Assembly (NCBI GenBank): GCA_964508365.1
Contig: CAZDTP010000017.1
Location: forward strand, 1-64,000
Direction: 5' to 3'
Source: an uncultured archaeon
Lineage (GTDB): Archaea; Asgardarchaeota; Lokiarchaeia; Sigyniarchaeales; SOKP01
Length of the DNA stretch: 64,000 nt
The position numbers were made by a program, and so were the translations under genes. Below are positions 28,510 to 38,615 of the stretch, one piece after another (within the stretch, counting starts at the first letter, position 1; each line of letters opens with the position of its first letter). The notes under the pieces were generated by a model. The model was not told the origin of the DNA. It ran no database searches and saw nothing but the letters and a program-made list of their open reading frames with translations.

Positions 28510-30513
28510 ATGAGTGAAGAAAGCAAACCGAAGAAAAAAGAGAAGATTATTGGAATAGACTTAGGAACATCTAATAGCGCATGTGCGATATTAAGTGGAA
28601 CAGGCCAACCAGAAATCATCCCGGCTGCGGAAGGACGGACCTTAGGGGGTAAGGCATTTCCATCGTATGTAGCATTTGATGAAAGTGGTAGAAAAATTGT
28701 AGGCGAACCAGCTAGAAGACAAGCAGTCTCTAATCCAGATGGAACGGTTACAGCGATTAAAAGGAAGATGGGTCTATCGTACAAAGCGAAAATAAAAGTA
28801 GGTGCGGAATGGAAAGAATTCGCACCAGAAGAGATTTCTGCTATGATTCTAAAAAAAATAAAGAACGACGCAAGTGCTTATCTTGGTGAAGAAGTTAAAA
28901 AAGCAGTTATTACAGTTCCTGCATACTTCAATGACGCTCAGAGGACAGCAACAAAAAACGCAGGTGAAATCGCTGGCCTTGAAGTAGTACGGATGATAAA
29001 TGAACCTACGGCGGCGTGTTTAGCTTACGGTCTCGATAAAGATACAAAAGGGAAACTTTTAAAAATATGCGTTTTGGATTTAGGAGGAGGAACATTCGAC
29101 ATCACTATAATGGAGTATGGAGAAGGCGTCGTAGAGGTTTTATCTACTGCGGGAGATACTCAATTAGGAGGAACTGACATGGACAACGTTATAATTGATT
29201 GGGTAGCTGGTAATTTCCAAAAGAAAGAAGGTATTGATCTTAGGGGAGACAGCAAAGCAATGATAAGAATTAAAGACGCTGGTGAAAAAGCTAAAATCGA
29301 ACTCTCTACTACATTAAGTACTCAAATTAATTTACCCTACATTACTCAAAAAGATGGAAATCCTGTTCACATAGATGTTGAACTCACAAGAGCAAACTTA
29401 GAACAATTAATTGAACCAACTCTAAAACGACTGGATCCTATAATGAAGAGAGCAATTAACGATGCCAAAATACCTGCTCACGAGGTTGACAAAATAATTT
29501 TAGTTGGCGGTCCTACGAGGATGCCTTCCGTTCAAAAGAAATTTAAGGATTTCTTTGGTAAAGAACCTGAACATTCCGTCGATCCTATGGAATGCGTTGC
29601 TATTGGAGCAGCGATTCAAGCAGGCATTATAGCAGGGGATGTTGATGATTTATTACTATTAGATGTTACTCCATTATCCTTAGGGGTAGAAACATTAGGT
29701 GGAGTTTTTACAAAATTAATTGAAAGAAATTCTACTATACCAACCGAAAAACAGCAAATTTTTAGTACAGCCGCAGACAATCAACCTGCTGTAACAATAA
29801 ATGTTTTGCAAGGAGAACGAGCAATGGCAAAAGACAATATCCCATTAGGAATGTTTCATCTTACTGGTATACCCCCAGCTCCTCGAGGAATTCCACAAAT
29901 CGAAGTAAAATTCACGATTGATGCTGACGGTATTGTTCATGTGACTGCTAAAGACTTAGGTACTGGTAAAGAGACAGGGATTACAGTTACCGGTGCAAAA
30001 GGGCTTACACCTGAAGAAATTGAAGAGAAAGTAAGAAATGCAGAGCAGTTTGAGGAAGAAGACAAGAAAATCAAGGAATTGATTGAAGCGAAGAATAACG
30101 CTGATTCGATGATTTACCAGACAAGGAAATTAATGGAAGATAACAAGGATAAAATTGAAGAAAATGAAAAAACTGAAATAGAATCCGCTATGAAATCCTT
30201 AGAAGAGGACATTAAAACAGACGATCTTCAGAGAATAAAATTAGGAATCGAAAATTTACAAAAATCTATGCATGGTTTCTCTCAAAGAATTTACGCTCAA
30301 CAATCTCAAGACCAAGTGTATCAACAAGCGGCTCAACAAGCTCAACAAGCTGCGAGTGGAATGGGAGGTATGCCCCCTGGTGGAATGGGTGGAGTTCCCC
30401 CTGGTGATATGGGAGGTGCTGGTGCTGGTGGAGCAACTTATAAAAAAGATAAAGATAAAAAAGACAAGGATAAAAAGAAAGTTGTAGATGTAGATTGGGA
30501 AGAATCTGACTAA
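28510..30513 (+). CDS. dnaK: Molecular chaperone DnaK (Hsp70)
   Basis: [45 protein letters not shown]; likely ATG at 28510 (track start is GTG 28498). Confidence 0.98.
   Translation: MSEESKPKKKEKIIGIDLGTSNSACAILSGTGQPEIIPAAEGRTLGGKAFPSYVAFDESGRKIVGEPARRQAVSNPDGTVTAIKRKMGLSYKAKIKVGAEWKEFAPEEISAMILKKIKNDASAYLGEEVKKAVITVPAYFNDAQRTATKNAGEIAGLEVVRMINEPTAACLAYGLDKDTKGKLLKICVLDLGGGTFDITIMEYGEGVVEVLSTAGDTQLGGTDMDNVIIDWVAGNFQKKEGIDLRGDSKAMIRIKDAGEKAKIELSTTLSTQINLPYITQKDGNPVHIDVELTRANLEQLIEPTLKRLDPIMKRAINDAKIPAHEVDKIILVGGPTRMPSVQKKFKDFFGKEPEHSVDPMECVAIGAAIQAGIIAGDVDDLLLLDVTPLSLGVETLGGVFTKLIERNSTIPTEKQQIFSTAADNQPAVTINVLQGERAMAKDNIPLGMFHLTGIPPAPRGIPQIEVKFTIDADGIVHVTAKDLGTGKETGITVTGAKGLTPEEIEEKVRNAEQFEEEDKKIKELIEAKNNADSMIYQTRKLMEDNKDKIEENEKTEIESAMKSLEEDIKTDDLQRIKLGIENLQKSMHGFSQRIYAQQSQDQVYQQAAQQAQQAASGMGGMPPGGMGGVPPGDMGGAGAGGATYKKDKDKKDKDKKKVVDVDWEESD
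30361..30420 (+). repeat. 24-nt tandem coding repeat (MGGMPPGG / MGGVPPGD / MGGA) in the DnaK tail
   Basis: atgggaggtatgccccctggtgga / atgggtggagttccccctggtgat / atgggaggtgct. Confidence 0.85.
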
Positions 30514-30724
30514 ATATTTATTTGAACAACATAGTAATAATCTCAATTAAATTTCTACTGATTAAATTTCTTTTTCTTATTTATGTATTTTTTTTACAAG
30601 ATTATATCTTAAAGGTTTATATATTTCTTTTTAGTTATTCTGATACCTAAAAAGATAAATTTCATAATTAATTTTAATTAATAGTAATTAAGCTCAATGG
30701 AGATCATAGCGAGACATAAAGATC

Positions 30725-31855
30725 ATGAATACGAATAATAAGAGGGATTATTATGTGGTATTAGGTGTAGCAAAGGATGCGAGTGAAAACGACATTAAAC
30801 TTGCTTATAGGCGTTTAGCAAGGAAGCTCCATCCAGATCTGAATAAAACAGATCCAAAAGCCAAAGAAAAATTTATTGAGCTTCAAGAGGCTTACGAAGT
30901 TCTAAGCGACACTAATAAAAGAAGCAATTATGATCGATACGGTTTTAGTGGTGTAGATGTCGATATGAGTAGTTATTTCAGGGGCGGAATTCCAGGCATT
31001 GACGAATTACTCAAATCTATTTTTGGAGGCGGATCCATCTTTGGAGGTGATGATTTTGGATTTGGTAGTATTTTTGGTTCCAGAGGTAGATCAAGCTCTG
31101 CGCCCCGCCGAGAGGTTGGCCAAGATATTGAAGATTACATAGAAATAACATTTGAAGAGGCTATGTTTGGTACCAAAAAAGATGTGGTAATTCAGAGATA
31201 TACTCCATGTGATAAGTGTGAAGGTACTGGTGCAGAAGATCCATCAAGCGTAAAAACATGTCCGCAATGTGAAGGGTCAGGTAGAATGAGAAAAATGACC
31301 CAATCTGGCTTTGGAACAATAGTCCGAGAATCTGAATGCTATGCTTGCAATGGTACAGGTAAAATCATTAAGAAAAAATGTCCTGTGTGCGATGGAAGAA
31401 AAGTTGTGGCTGAGACAAAAACAATCCATATAAATACACCACCAGGCGTAGAAAACGGAGTACACCTTAAAGTTCAAGGAGCAGGACATATTCCTTCAAG
31501 CAGAGCAATTCCTGGAGATCTTTATTTAGGAATTAGAATTGAAGAAAATGATAAATTTATTCGTCGTGGAAACGATCTTTTTACTCCAATTAGTCTGGAT
31601 ATTGTTACAGCGATTTTGGGCGGAGAAATATCCGTTCCGACCTTAGATTATAAGACTGAAAAAGTAACTGAGAAAGAGTTGAAGATACCCCCGGGAACTC
31701 AGCATGGCACGGAATTTAGAATTAAAAATAGAGGCGCTACATATCTCAGAGGAAAGGGTAAAGGGGACCAATATGTAGTAGTTACAGTTGAAATTCCGAA
31801 AAAGATATCAGAACAACAGAGGGCATTATTAGAAAAATTCAAGGATTTAAATTAA
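30725..31855 (+). CDS. dnaJ: Chaperone DnaJ (class A)
   Basis: J-domain HPD, G/F region, four CxxCxGxG repeats. Confidence 0.97.
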   Translation: MNTNNKRDYYVVLGVAKDASENDIKLAYRRLARKLHPDLNKTDPKAKEKFIELQEAYEVLSDTNKRSNYDRYGFSGVDVDMSSYFRGGIPGIDELLKSIFGGGSIFGGDDFGFGSIFGSRGRSSSAPRREVGQDIEDYIEITFEEAMFGTKKDVVIQRYTPCDKCEGTGAEDPSSVKTCPQCEGSGRMRKMTQSGFGTIVRESECYACNGTGKIIKKKCPVCDGRKVVAETKTIHINTPPGVENGVHLKVQGAGHIPSSRAIPGDLYLGIRIEENDKFIRRGNDLFTPISLDIVTAILGGEISVPTLDYKTEKVTEKELKIPPGTQHGTEFRIKNRGATYLRGKGKGDQYVVVTVEIPKKISEQQRALLEKFKDLN

Positions 31856-31987
31856 TCGCAACTACTCAATATTAAGTCTATTTTGATTGCTAAGTGTGAG
31901 TTCAATAGCTTTTACTTCAGCTTTGATTTGATTCTTGTGTTTCTAAAAATAACGACGATTAAATTCAAAGATTTACTTTTGTTTAAT

Positions 31988-32818
31988 ATGAGGAAAGTTG
32001 AATTAGGAAAAACAGGGGAACAAATTCCTGTTCTGGGTCAAGGTACGTGGGGAATTAAGAGTAGAAAAGGAAAAAATTATTATGATTCGTGGAAAAAATC
32101 ATTAAGAAAAGGAATAGAACAAGGTTTAACCCATATAGATACTGCTGAATTCTATGGGTTCGGCACTTCCGAAAAAGTTGTAGGTGATATTATTTCAGAA
32201 TATAACAGAGATGATTTGTTTATCACAAGCAAGTTATTTCCGATACATTTAAACTTTAGAACGATGAAAAAAGCTGCTAGTAAGAGTTTAAAACGCTTAG
32301 GGATTAATAATTTCGATTTGTACTTAATACATTGGCCTTCTCCTTTTACTTCAAGGAAAAAACAAATGAAGATATTGGATCATTTAGTAAAAGAAGGCAA
32401 AACTAGGTATATTGGTGTAAGTAATTTCTCAGTAGAGCAATTCAAGGAGGGCTTAAGCTTTCTTAATAATGAATTAGTGACGAATCAATTACCCGCAAAC
32501 ATCACCAAGCAAAAACATATGTCTGAATCATTACCATACTATCAAGGAAATGGAGTAACCTTAACGGCTTATAGCCCTCTCGGACACAGAGGCTATTCCG
32601 ATTTAAAAGGCGAGATGATAGATAAATTAAACAGCATAGCAAAAGCACATGATGCAACAATTCAACAGATTGCTATCGCATGGCTGATAAATCATAAAAA
32701 TGTTATTTCTATACCTAAAGCATTTAAAATCGAACATGTGGAAGCTAATTCGAAAGCGGCAGACATCATCCTAAGTGAGAACGAGTTAAAACTTATTGAA
32801 AACATAGAAATATCTTAA
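31988..32818 (+). CDS. Aldo/keto reductase
   Basis: LGQGTW, IDTAEFYG, TSKL, DLYLIHWP, IGVSNFS, AYSPLG, IPKA; ATG at 31988 preferred over track start 31883. Confidence 0.92.
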   Translation: MRKVELGKTGEQIPVLGQGTWGIKSRKGKNYYDSWKKSLRKGIEQGLTHIDTAEFYGFGTSEKVVGDIISEYNRDDLFITSKLFPIHLNFRTMKKAASKSLKRLGINNFDLYLIHWPSPFTSRKKQMKILDHLVKEGKTRYIGVSNFSVEQFKEGLSFLNNELVTNQLPANITKQKHMSESLPYYQGNGVTLTAYSPLGHRGYSDLKGEMIDKLNSIAKAHDATIQQIAIAWLINHKNVISIPKAFKIEHVEANSKAADIILSENELKLIENIEIS

Positions 32819-32972
32819 AGTCTTAAAAGCTAAACTAAATAATATCAATTTTTTCCATTTAAAACTTGAAAGCGTAATGCCAAAATTTTAATTCCATTTT
32901 TAGTTATCGTATCGTATAAATTACTCTTTATCCTCGAAAGAATCGAGACCGAATAAGAAAAAACAAACTATT

Positions 32973-33086
32973 ATGAAGTGGAAATGTGATAAATGCGGAG
33001 AGGTTTTTGATCTAGAGGATATACCTGAAAAATGTCCTAAATGTGATGACGAAGATGACACATTTAGCTTGATAGATGATGAGTGA
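32973..33086 (+). CDS. Rubredoxin-like/zinc-ribbon miniprotein (37 aa)
   Basis: Manual translation MKWKCDKCGEVFDLEDIPEKCPKCDDEDDTFSLIDDE*, with WxCxxCG...PxxCPxC; below the ORF-track size cutoff. Confidence 0.8.
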   Translation: MKWKCDKCGEVFDLEDIPEKCPKCDDEDDTFSLIDDE

Positions 33087-33151
33087 TGAAGCAATAAATA
33101 TTAAGTATTAGAGCCCTTCTCCATTGGCGCTTTATAATATCCATACAAATT

Positions 33152-33292
33152 TATTGTTATTGCGGTGCAGGTTTTTATAAAGATTTATGGGAAGAAATAC
33201 TGCAAAAACCTGTTAAAGTAGAAATTCTTGCATCTGTTATAGAAGGTGATGAAGTATGTAAAATTGCAATTCACTTTCCTTTAGATCTGTAA
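33152..33292 (+). pseudogene. C-terminal remnant of a V4R/DUF6144-like Cys-liganded protein
   Basis: YCYCGAGFYKDLWEEILQKPVKVEILASVIEGDEVCKIAIHFPLDL*; the frame upstream is non-homologous and hits a TAA with no start codon. Confidence 0.6.
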
Positions 33293-33307
33293 AAAAAAGA
33301 ATAAAAA

Positions 33308-33635
33308 GACACCTGAGATACATACCCGCCTTTTTGTTCCATTTCTCGTTGCCAAGAAATAGTTGGGGCATCAAACTAAGCGGCCTACCTAAAGCTCGTT
33401 CCAAATCCTCATCGCTTTCATTTGGCCTTGCACCAAGGTTTTAGCTCGTTCCAACCGTTCCCGATTACAATTTCTCTGGCTTAATTCCAAGTCATTAATA
33501 TGCGTAAAAGGGCAGTGCCGTTTCAGTTGCTAAAATACGGTTTTCACCGTAGTAGTTATCTACTCCTCGTTTGGAAATGTGAGGCGAGGTTCCTCAGCGA
33601 ATCATATTCACCGTCAGCCCCATATCTCATGTGTC
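33308..33635 (-). ncRNA. rnpB: RNase P RNA, archaeal type A-like
   Basis: Minus strand: P1 GAGAUA/UAUCUC, P2 UGGGGC/GCCCCA, P3 hairpin, CR-I GAGGAACCUCGCC pairing with CR-V ACAAAAAGGCGGGUA, AGCAACUGAAAC, GUGCAAGGCCAAAU, P8 GUAG-AUAA-CUAC, P9 UACGG/CCGUA, GGUA L15-like loop, P19 with GCAA tetraloop. Confidence 0.92.
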
Positions 33636-33734
33636 AAATCTATAAAAGATAAAATGAAATAAATATGTGATTGTTTTGGGATTTGGTATTCTACCTATTT
33701 ATTCCCCACTTAAGGAATAAGTGATTTTATTTAA

Positions 33735-35060
33735 TTACTTCGATTCAGCAGATTCATTTTGTGCTTTTTCGTAAGAAAAGAGATAGGAATGTCGTTTTAA
33801 GTCAAAAAATAAGACGATGAAGAGCCCGATACCTAAAATGACTGCCAGATAACCTATAAGTTCGTATTGGTTGAAGAATATCATACCTATAGTTAATCCT
33901 CCTATTTCTATGAACCCTGTTGCTATCAACGGTGCAATAATTTGTGCGATTGACTGAATATTGGTCGTCATTCCGCTCACTACACCTTGTTTATCAGCAT
34001 CCACTGCTTTAGTAATATTGCTCTGTATTAAAGATGGTAAAAACACCATACTGAATACGAAAGATGGAATGAAAGCAAAAATCATCCACAATTCCGTCAT
34101 AAAAGGGAAGATTGCAAAATTTACAATAAGGAGAATTGAAGCAATTAATAAAATTCTTTTTTCTCCTACTTTCTTAAAGAGTGGTTTCATAAGTAATCCT
34201 CCGTATATCATGATTGTTACACCAGCAAGAGTCATAACAAGCCCAATAATGATTGGGGAAGCTCCATACCTTTCATCAAGAATTAACGCCATACTCGAGT
34301 TAAACATAACTGTAATTGAGAATAATAAGAAAACCTGCACAAAACGAATGATAATTTCTGTGGTAAAAGTCTTCCTTTTCTTTTCTGAAGATAATTCTCG
34401 GGTTTTTTTTTGTTGTTTCAGATCTGAGATTCGATCTTTTGGCATACTCTCTATTAATACTCTTAGTGTTAAGATCATGGCAATTATGGATAAAATTACT
34501 GCGAGTAGAGAAGGGTATCTCCAATTGAGTTCGCCTAAAAATCCTCCGATAATTGGCCCGAAAACCATTCCTACTGTATGTCCTATCATTAGTTTACCCA
34601 TTTCAGAAGCTCGGGTTGCTGGTGTAGTGATATCAGATATGTAAGCACGTATAACTGGTATTTGTCCTCCAAACACTCCATCTAAAATTCGAGAGAAAAG
34701 TATAACATAAATATTTGGAGATAATGCTAAGATTAGAAATGAAATACCAGTTCCTGCCTGCGAAATTAGTAATATTGGCTTACGACCGTATTTATCTGAT
34801 AATCGTCCCAAAATTGGTCCGAATATAAAAGTAGTTAACGCATTTGAGGATACGAGAATACCAACGAAAAAAGCTGAAGAACCAAAATCTTTTACAATTT
34901 CAGGTAAAAGTGGTAAAACCATACTATATCCGAAAACATCGACAAGAATACTTAGAATGATGGTAAACATTGCTTTTCTCGGATCGATCGAATAATTACT
35001 CAGATGTTCAGCATGTTCTTCTTTGTTAAGGAACTTTCTATCAGCCATAGGTGAGTCCAA
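33735..35060 (-). CDS. MFS transporter (TetA/DHA1-like)
   Basis: GRLSDKYGRKP motif A, SRILDGVFGG, RAYISDIT, GPIIGGFLG; likely ATG at 35048. Confidence 0.9.
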   Translation of the reverse strand: MDSPMADRKFLNKEEHAEHLSNYSIDPRKAMFTIILSILVDVFGYSMVLPLLPEIVKDFGSSAFFVGILVSSNALTTFIFGPILGRLSDKYGRKPILLISQAGTGISFLILALSPNIYVILFSRILDGVFGGQIPVIRAYISDITTPATRASEMGKLMIGHTVGMVFGPIIGGFLGELNWRYPSLLAVILSIIAMILTLRVLIESMPKDRISDLKQQKKTRELSSEKKRKTFTTEIIIRFVQVFLLFSITVMFNSSMALILDERYGASPIIIGLVMTLAGVTIMIYGGLLMKPLFKKVGEKRILLIASILLIVNFAIFPFMTELWMIFAFIPSFVFSMVFLPSLIQSNITKAVDADKQGVVSGMTTNIQSIAQIIAPLIATGFIEIGGLTIGMIFFNQYELIGYLAVILGIGLFIVLFFDLKRHSYLFSYEKAQNESAESK

Positions 35061-35222
35061 ATCCTAAAATTAATGGTTTAAATGATAGACTAAATACTCA
35101 ATTTTAAATAATATTTTTCGATTTTAATGTCAATTTGTCCATGGAAATTTATTTCACAGAAAGTCTTAAATATAAAAAAAAGAAAAAGTTATTTTATGTT
35201 AATCTTCAGAACTGTTCTTGTC

Positions 35223-37337
35223 TTAAAAGGGGATTAATCCAAGACCACCGTTAAATAATAACAGTAATCCCATAAAGATCGATGCTGTCAAGGACATGAC
35301 TACTAATAATGTGTTAATACTTGGACCAGCAGTATCTTTGAAAGGGTCGCCTACAGTATCACCAGTAATTGCTGCTTTATGAACTTCTGTTCCTTTACCG
35401 CCAAGGTTGCCGTCCTCAATCCATTTTTTCGCGTTGTCCCATGCTCCTCCAGCGTTACTCATAAAGACAGCAAACACGAATCCAGAAAGAATTGCACCCG
35501 CTAAAAATGCACCCAAAGAAGCTACACCAAAAAGAATTCCAACACTAATAGGAATGGTTATCGAAATAATGCTTGGTATAATTAATTCGCGCAACGAGCC
35601 TTTAGTTGCAATATCAATCGTCTTTTGGAAATCAGCAGCTACTTCACCAGTTAGAATTTTTGGGTTTTCTTCAAATTGCCTTCGAATTTCATCAACCATT
35701 TTTGCAGCGTTTCGTTGAACAGCTAACACTAACAACGCTGAAAACAATGCTGGGACGACTACTCCAATGAAAGCGCCTATTAAAACGCCAACATTTAGTA
35801 AATCCATATTAGGAATATCAGCCTCTTCTGCAAAGGAAAAAAGGAGCGCCATTACAGTCAAATTGGCTGCTCCAATCGCAAAGCCCTTAGTGATTGCTTT
35901 AGCCGTGTTACCTGCGGAGTCTAATCGATCTGCTGTACGTATTACATCTTCACCTAAATCTCCTTGTTCTGCAATACCTCTAGCATTATCAACAATTGGT
36001 CCATAGGCATCGTTCGATACTATAGTTCCAACTATTGCTAACATTCCTACTGCCGCCATTGCTACTCCAAATACACCCGAGAGCCAATACGCTACTGCCA
36101 TCGCAATTATAATCCCTATTGCAGGAGGAACAACACTTAATAGACCATATGAAAACCCAGAAAGAATAACTACTGCGTGTCCTTCTTGAGCAGCATGAGC
36201 GATATTACTTGTAGGTTTCTTATCTTCTCTTGTAAAATAGTCGCTTGTAAATCCTAAAACAATTCCAGAGAAGAGTCCAATCGCTGAAGTTCCCCAAATT
36301 CGCCATAACAGCCCTACTTCTTCAGGTGTTAATCCAATTGCTAAGAGTAAGGTAAACAATGCTGATAATCCAAAATAGATTAGTGTGGCAAAATATGTTC
36401 CAGTGTTTAAAGCTTTTCCAGGTTCATCTGAACCTTTTAACTTTATGAAATATATTCCTATAAGTGAAGCTATTAAACCTACACCGCAAAGTACGAGAGG
36501 AGTAACTACAAGTACTCCCGTTCCTGCTTCTGTCAAAGTCACATTTCCTAATGGAGAACTGATAGTGCCAACTACACCAAATGCGGCTGCTAACATCATC
36601 GCCGCTACTATTGAAGCAACATAAGAGTCGAATAAATCACTTCCCATTCCAGCAATGTCACCTACATTATCACCTACATTGTCGGCAATTGTTGCAGGAT
36701 TTCGAGGATCATCTTCTGGAAGATCGTATTCAGCTTTTCCTACAAGATCTGCTCCTACATCTGCAGTTTTAGTAAAAATTCCTCCACCGCATTTCATAAA
36801 TAAAGCAATACTGCTTGCCCCAAAGCTAAATCCCAGGACAACATAGGGATCACCAAAAATCCAGTAAATAACAGAAACACCTATTAAAGCTACACCTACA
36901 ACTGTCAAACCCATTACGGAGCCTCCGAAAAAAGCAACATCAAATCCAGATTTTGTTCCTTTCGTACAAGCCTGTGCTGCTCTTGTATTTGCTTTAATTC
37001 CAACATACATACCTAACCATCCTGCTAACATCGATCCTGCTGAACCAATTAGGTAAGCAAGGGACTGTTCCCAATTTAATGAACCAGGGTGAATTCTTGA
37101 GGGTAATAAAAACAACATTATGAGAAAGAGAGCAGTTACAAATATAGTTAGAATTTTGTATTGGATTTTAATATAAGTTTTTGCCCCATCCTCGATATAC
37201 CCAGCGACTTCTTGCATTCTTTCATTTCCGGGATCTTCTTTAAGAACTAAATATCTGAAGTATAGAGCCATGCCAATGGAAATTATTCCAGCAATCAATG
37301 CAACGATTAAAATAATTGGTACCGCCATTTTTTTCAC
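35223..37337 (-). CDS. hppA: Membrane-bound ion-translocating pyrophosphatase, K+-independent type
   Basis: GGGIFTKTADVGADLVGK, EDDPRNPATIADNVGDNVGD, GNTAKA (Lys determinant), GDTVGDPFKDTAGP. Confidence 0.95.
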   Translation of the reverse strand: MKKMAVPIILIVALIAGIISIGMALYFRYLVLKEDPGNERMQEVAGYIEDGAKTYIKIQYKILTIFVTALFLIMLFLLPSRIHPGSLNWEQSLAYLIGSAGSMLAGWLGMYVGIKANTRAAQACTKGTKSGFDVAFFGGSVMGLTVVGVALIGVSVIYWIFGDPYVVLGFSFGASSIALFMKCGGGIFTKTADVGADLVGKAEYDLPEDDPRNPATIADNVGDNVGDIAGMGSDLFDSYVASIVAAMMLAAAFGVVGTISSPLGNVTLTEAGTGVLVVTPLVLCGVGLIASLIGIYFIKLKGSDEPGKALNTGTYFATLIYFGLSALFTLLLAIGLTPEEVGLLWRIWGTSAIGLFSGIVLGFTSDYFTREDKKPTSNIAHAAQEGHAVVILSGFSYGLLSVVPPAIGIIIAMAVAYWLSGVFGVAMAAVGMLAIVGTIVSNDAYGPIVDNARGIAEQGDLGEDVIRTADRLDSAGNTAKAITKGFAIGAANLTVMALLFSFAEEADIPNMDLLNVGVLIGAFIGVVVPALFSALLVLAVQRNAAKMVDEIRRQFEENPKILTGEVAADFQKTIDIATKGSLRELIIPSIISITIPISVGILFGVASLGAFLAGAILSGFVFAVFMSNAGGAWDNAKKWIEDGNLGGKGTEVHKAAITGDTVGDPFKDTAGPSINTLLVVMSLTASIFMGLLLLFNGGLGLIPF

Positions 37338-37492
37338 TTTATATTCTTTTAATTTTTTGTAAATTTTTAATTAACTATATATTTAATATTTTATCTATTA
37401 GGCTACTTCCAATAAATATTTTGAATTTTGTAAAATTATTAAAAAAAACCGCGAAAGAATAGTAAAATTTCAAAAAGATTTGAAGAATACCA

Positions 37493-37654
37493 TTATTTAA
37501 TGTGATTCTTCTTATTTTTTCTTTTAATATACTCGGGTAAATGAGTCTGCTCACATCTTCTACGAGATGCCCAATTCTTCCAAGTTGACTCGAAAATCTT
37601 CTCTAATTCGTCGTCATCAAGTTTAGCTTTTTCTTTTTTCTTATCATTTTTCAT
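37493..37654 (-). CDS. Putative small basic protein (53 aa)
   Basis: Manual translation MKNDKKKEKAKLDDDELEKIFESTWKNWASRRRCEQTHLPEYIKRKNKKNHIK*; AGGTTGG SD-like sequence upstream; co-oriented with its neighbours. Confidence 0.35.
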   Translation of the reverse strand: MKNDKKKEKAKLDDDELEKIFESTWKNWASRRRCEQTHLPEYIKRKNKKNHIK

Positions 37655-37687
37655 TGGTTTTAACCAACCTATAATTTAATCCCAATA

Positions 37688-38578
37688 CTAAAGGCGAAGC
37701 GTATTGATTTCGTTATTATCAAATCCCCAAGAACGCAATATATTCTCTGCATTTTTAATCATTTCCTCGATTAATGTTTTCATCGGGATTATTTCATTAT
37801 GGTGTCCTATTGCCGTTGAAGGTGCCATAAAATTCTTTACATTATATTTGTATATTTTATTGTGAAAATTTTGCTCGGAAATATCTAATTGAAGCCATTT
37901 TTCTTTAATGTTTACTGGCACGGGGCATTCTATAGTAGTCATTAAAGCTGTACCTAAACAGACCGCATCAGCTCCCATTGCCAGAGCGCCTAAAAAACCT
38001 CTTGAGTCACCAATCCCACCAGCAGCAATAATCGGAATTTTGAGCATTTTTCTAGCTAAGGTTATATTAACCAGTGTAGTGTTTGTTTGTGGATTTTTAA
38101 ACCCAGTTCCTTCTAAACCAACCAAAGTAACTCCATCTGCACCTTCTTTTTCTGCTGAAATAGCATGCTTGATTAAAACGCATTTGTGGAACCATAAACC
38201 ACCCGCTTCATGAACTCTTTTTCCGATGAAAGAGGCTTTATATCCTGAAGTTGTAAAGATGCTACAATTTTCATTTAGAGCGATATCGACATAATCTAAA
38301 TACCTTTTTTTTGTTTTTTTACCTTCCTCGTTATCATTTAAGATATGATGCGGCATCGAGAGATTAATTCCAAAGGGTTTTGTAGTTAATTGCTTCATCT
38401 TTTGTATATCTTTCCTGAAGTCTTCTGGATCTGGAAAGTTTAGAGCTACGATAATTCCTAATCCACCTGCGTTTGAAAAAGTAGAAGCGAACTTAGATTT
38501 ACCCCACCCCCCGAATGCTCCCATTATAAGAGGGAATTCTATATTTAAAATCTGAGTTATTTTAGTTTTCCACTTCAT
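37688..38578 (-). CDS. Nitronate monooxygenase / FabK-like FMN-dependent oxidoreductase
   Basis: TQILNIEFPLIMG, AGGLGI, KPFGIN, PIIAAGGIGD.RG...ALAMGADAVCLGT. Confidence 0.85.
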   Translation of the reverse strand: MKWKTKITQILNIEFPLIMGAFGGWGKSKFASTFSNAGGLGIIVALNFPDPEDFRKDIQKMKQLTTKPFGINLSMPHHILNDNEEGKKTKKRYLDYVDIALNENCSIFTTSGYKASFIGKRVHEAGGLWFHKCVLIKHAISAEKEGADGVTLVGLEGTGFKNPQTNTTLVNITLARKMLKIPIIAAGGIGDSRGFLGALAMGADAVCLGTALMTTIECPVPVNIKEKWLQLDISEQNFHNKIYKYNVKNFMAPSTAIGHHNEIIPMKTLIEEMIKNAENILRSWGFDNNEINTLRL

Positions 38579-38615
38579 TTCGAGATCGTTATTATTTATT
38601 ATTACAATTTTGAAA

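Noticed and set aside
33961-34644. 227-aa plus-strand ORF antisense to the MFS gene, and the many 60-106 aa track ORFs overlapping real genes (e.g. 255..461, 14896..15171, 16390..16710, 35407..36846, 47304..47606)
   Set aside because: Shadow ORFs on the opposite strand or an alternate frame of well-supported genes; no motifs, atypical composition
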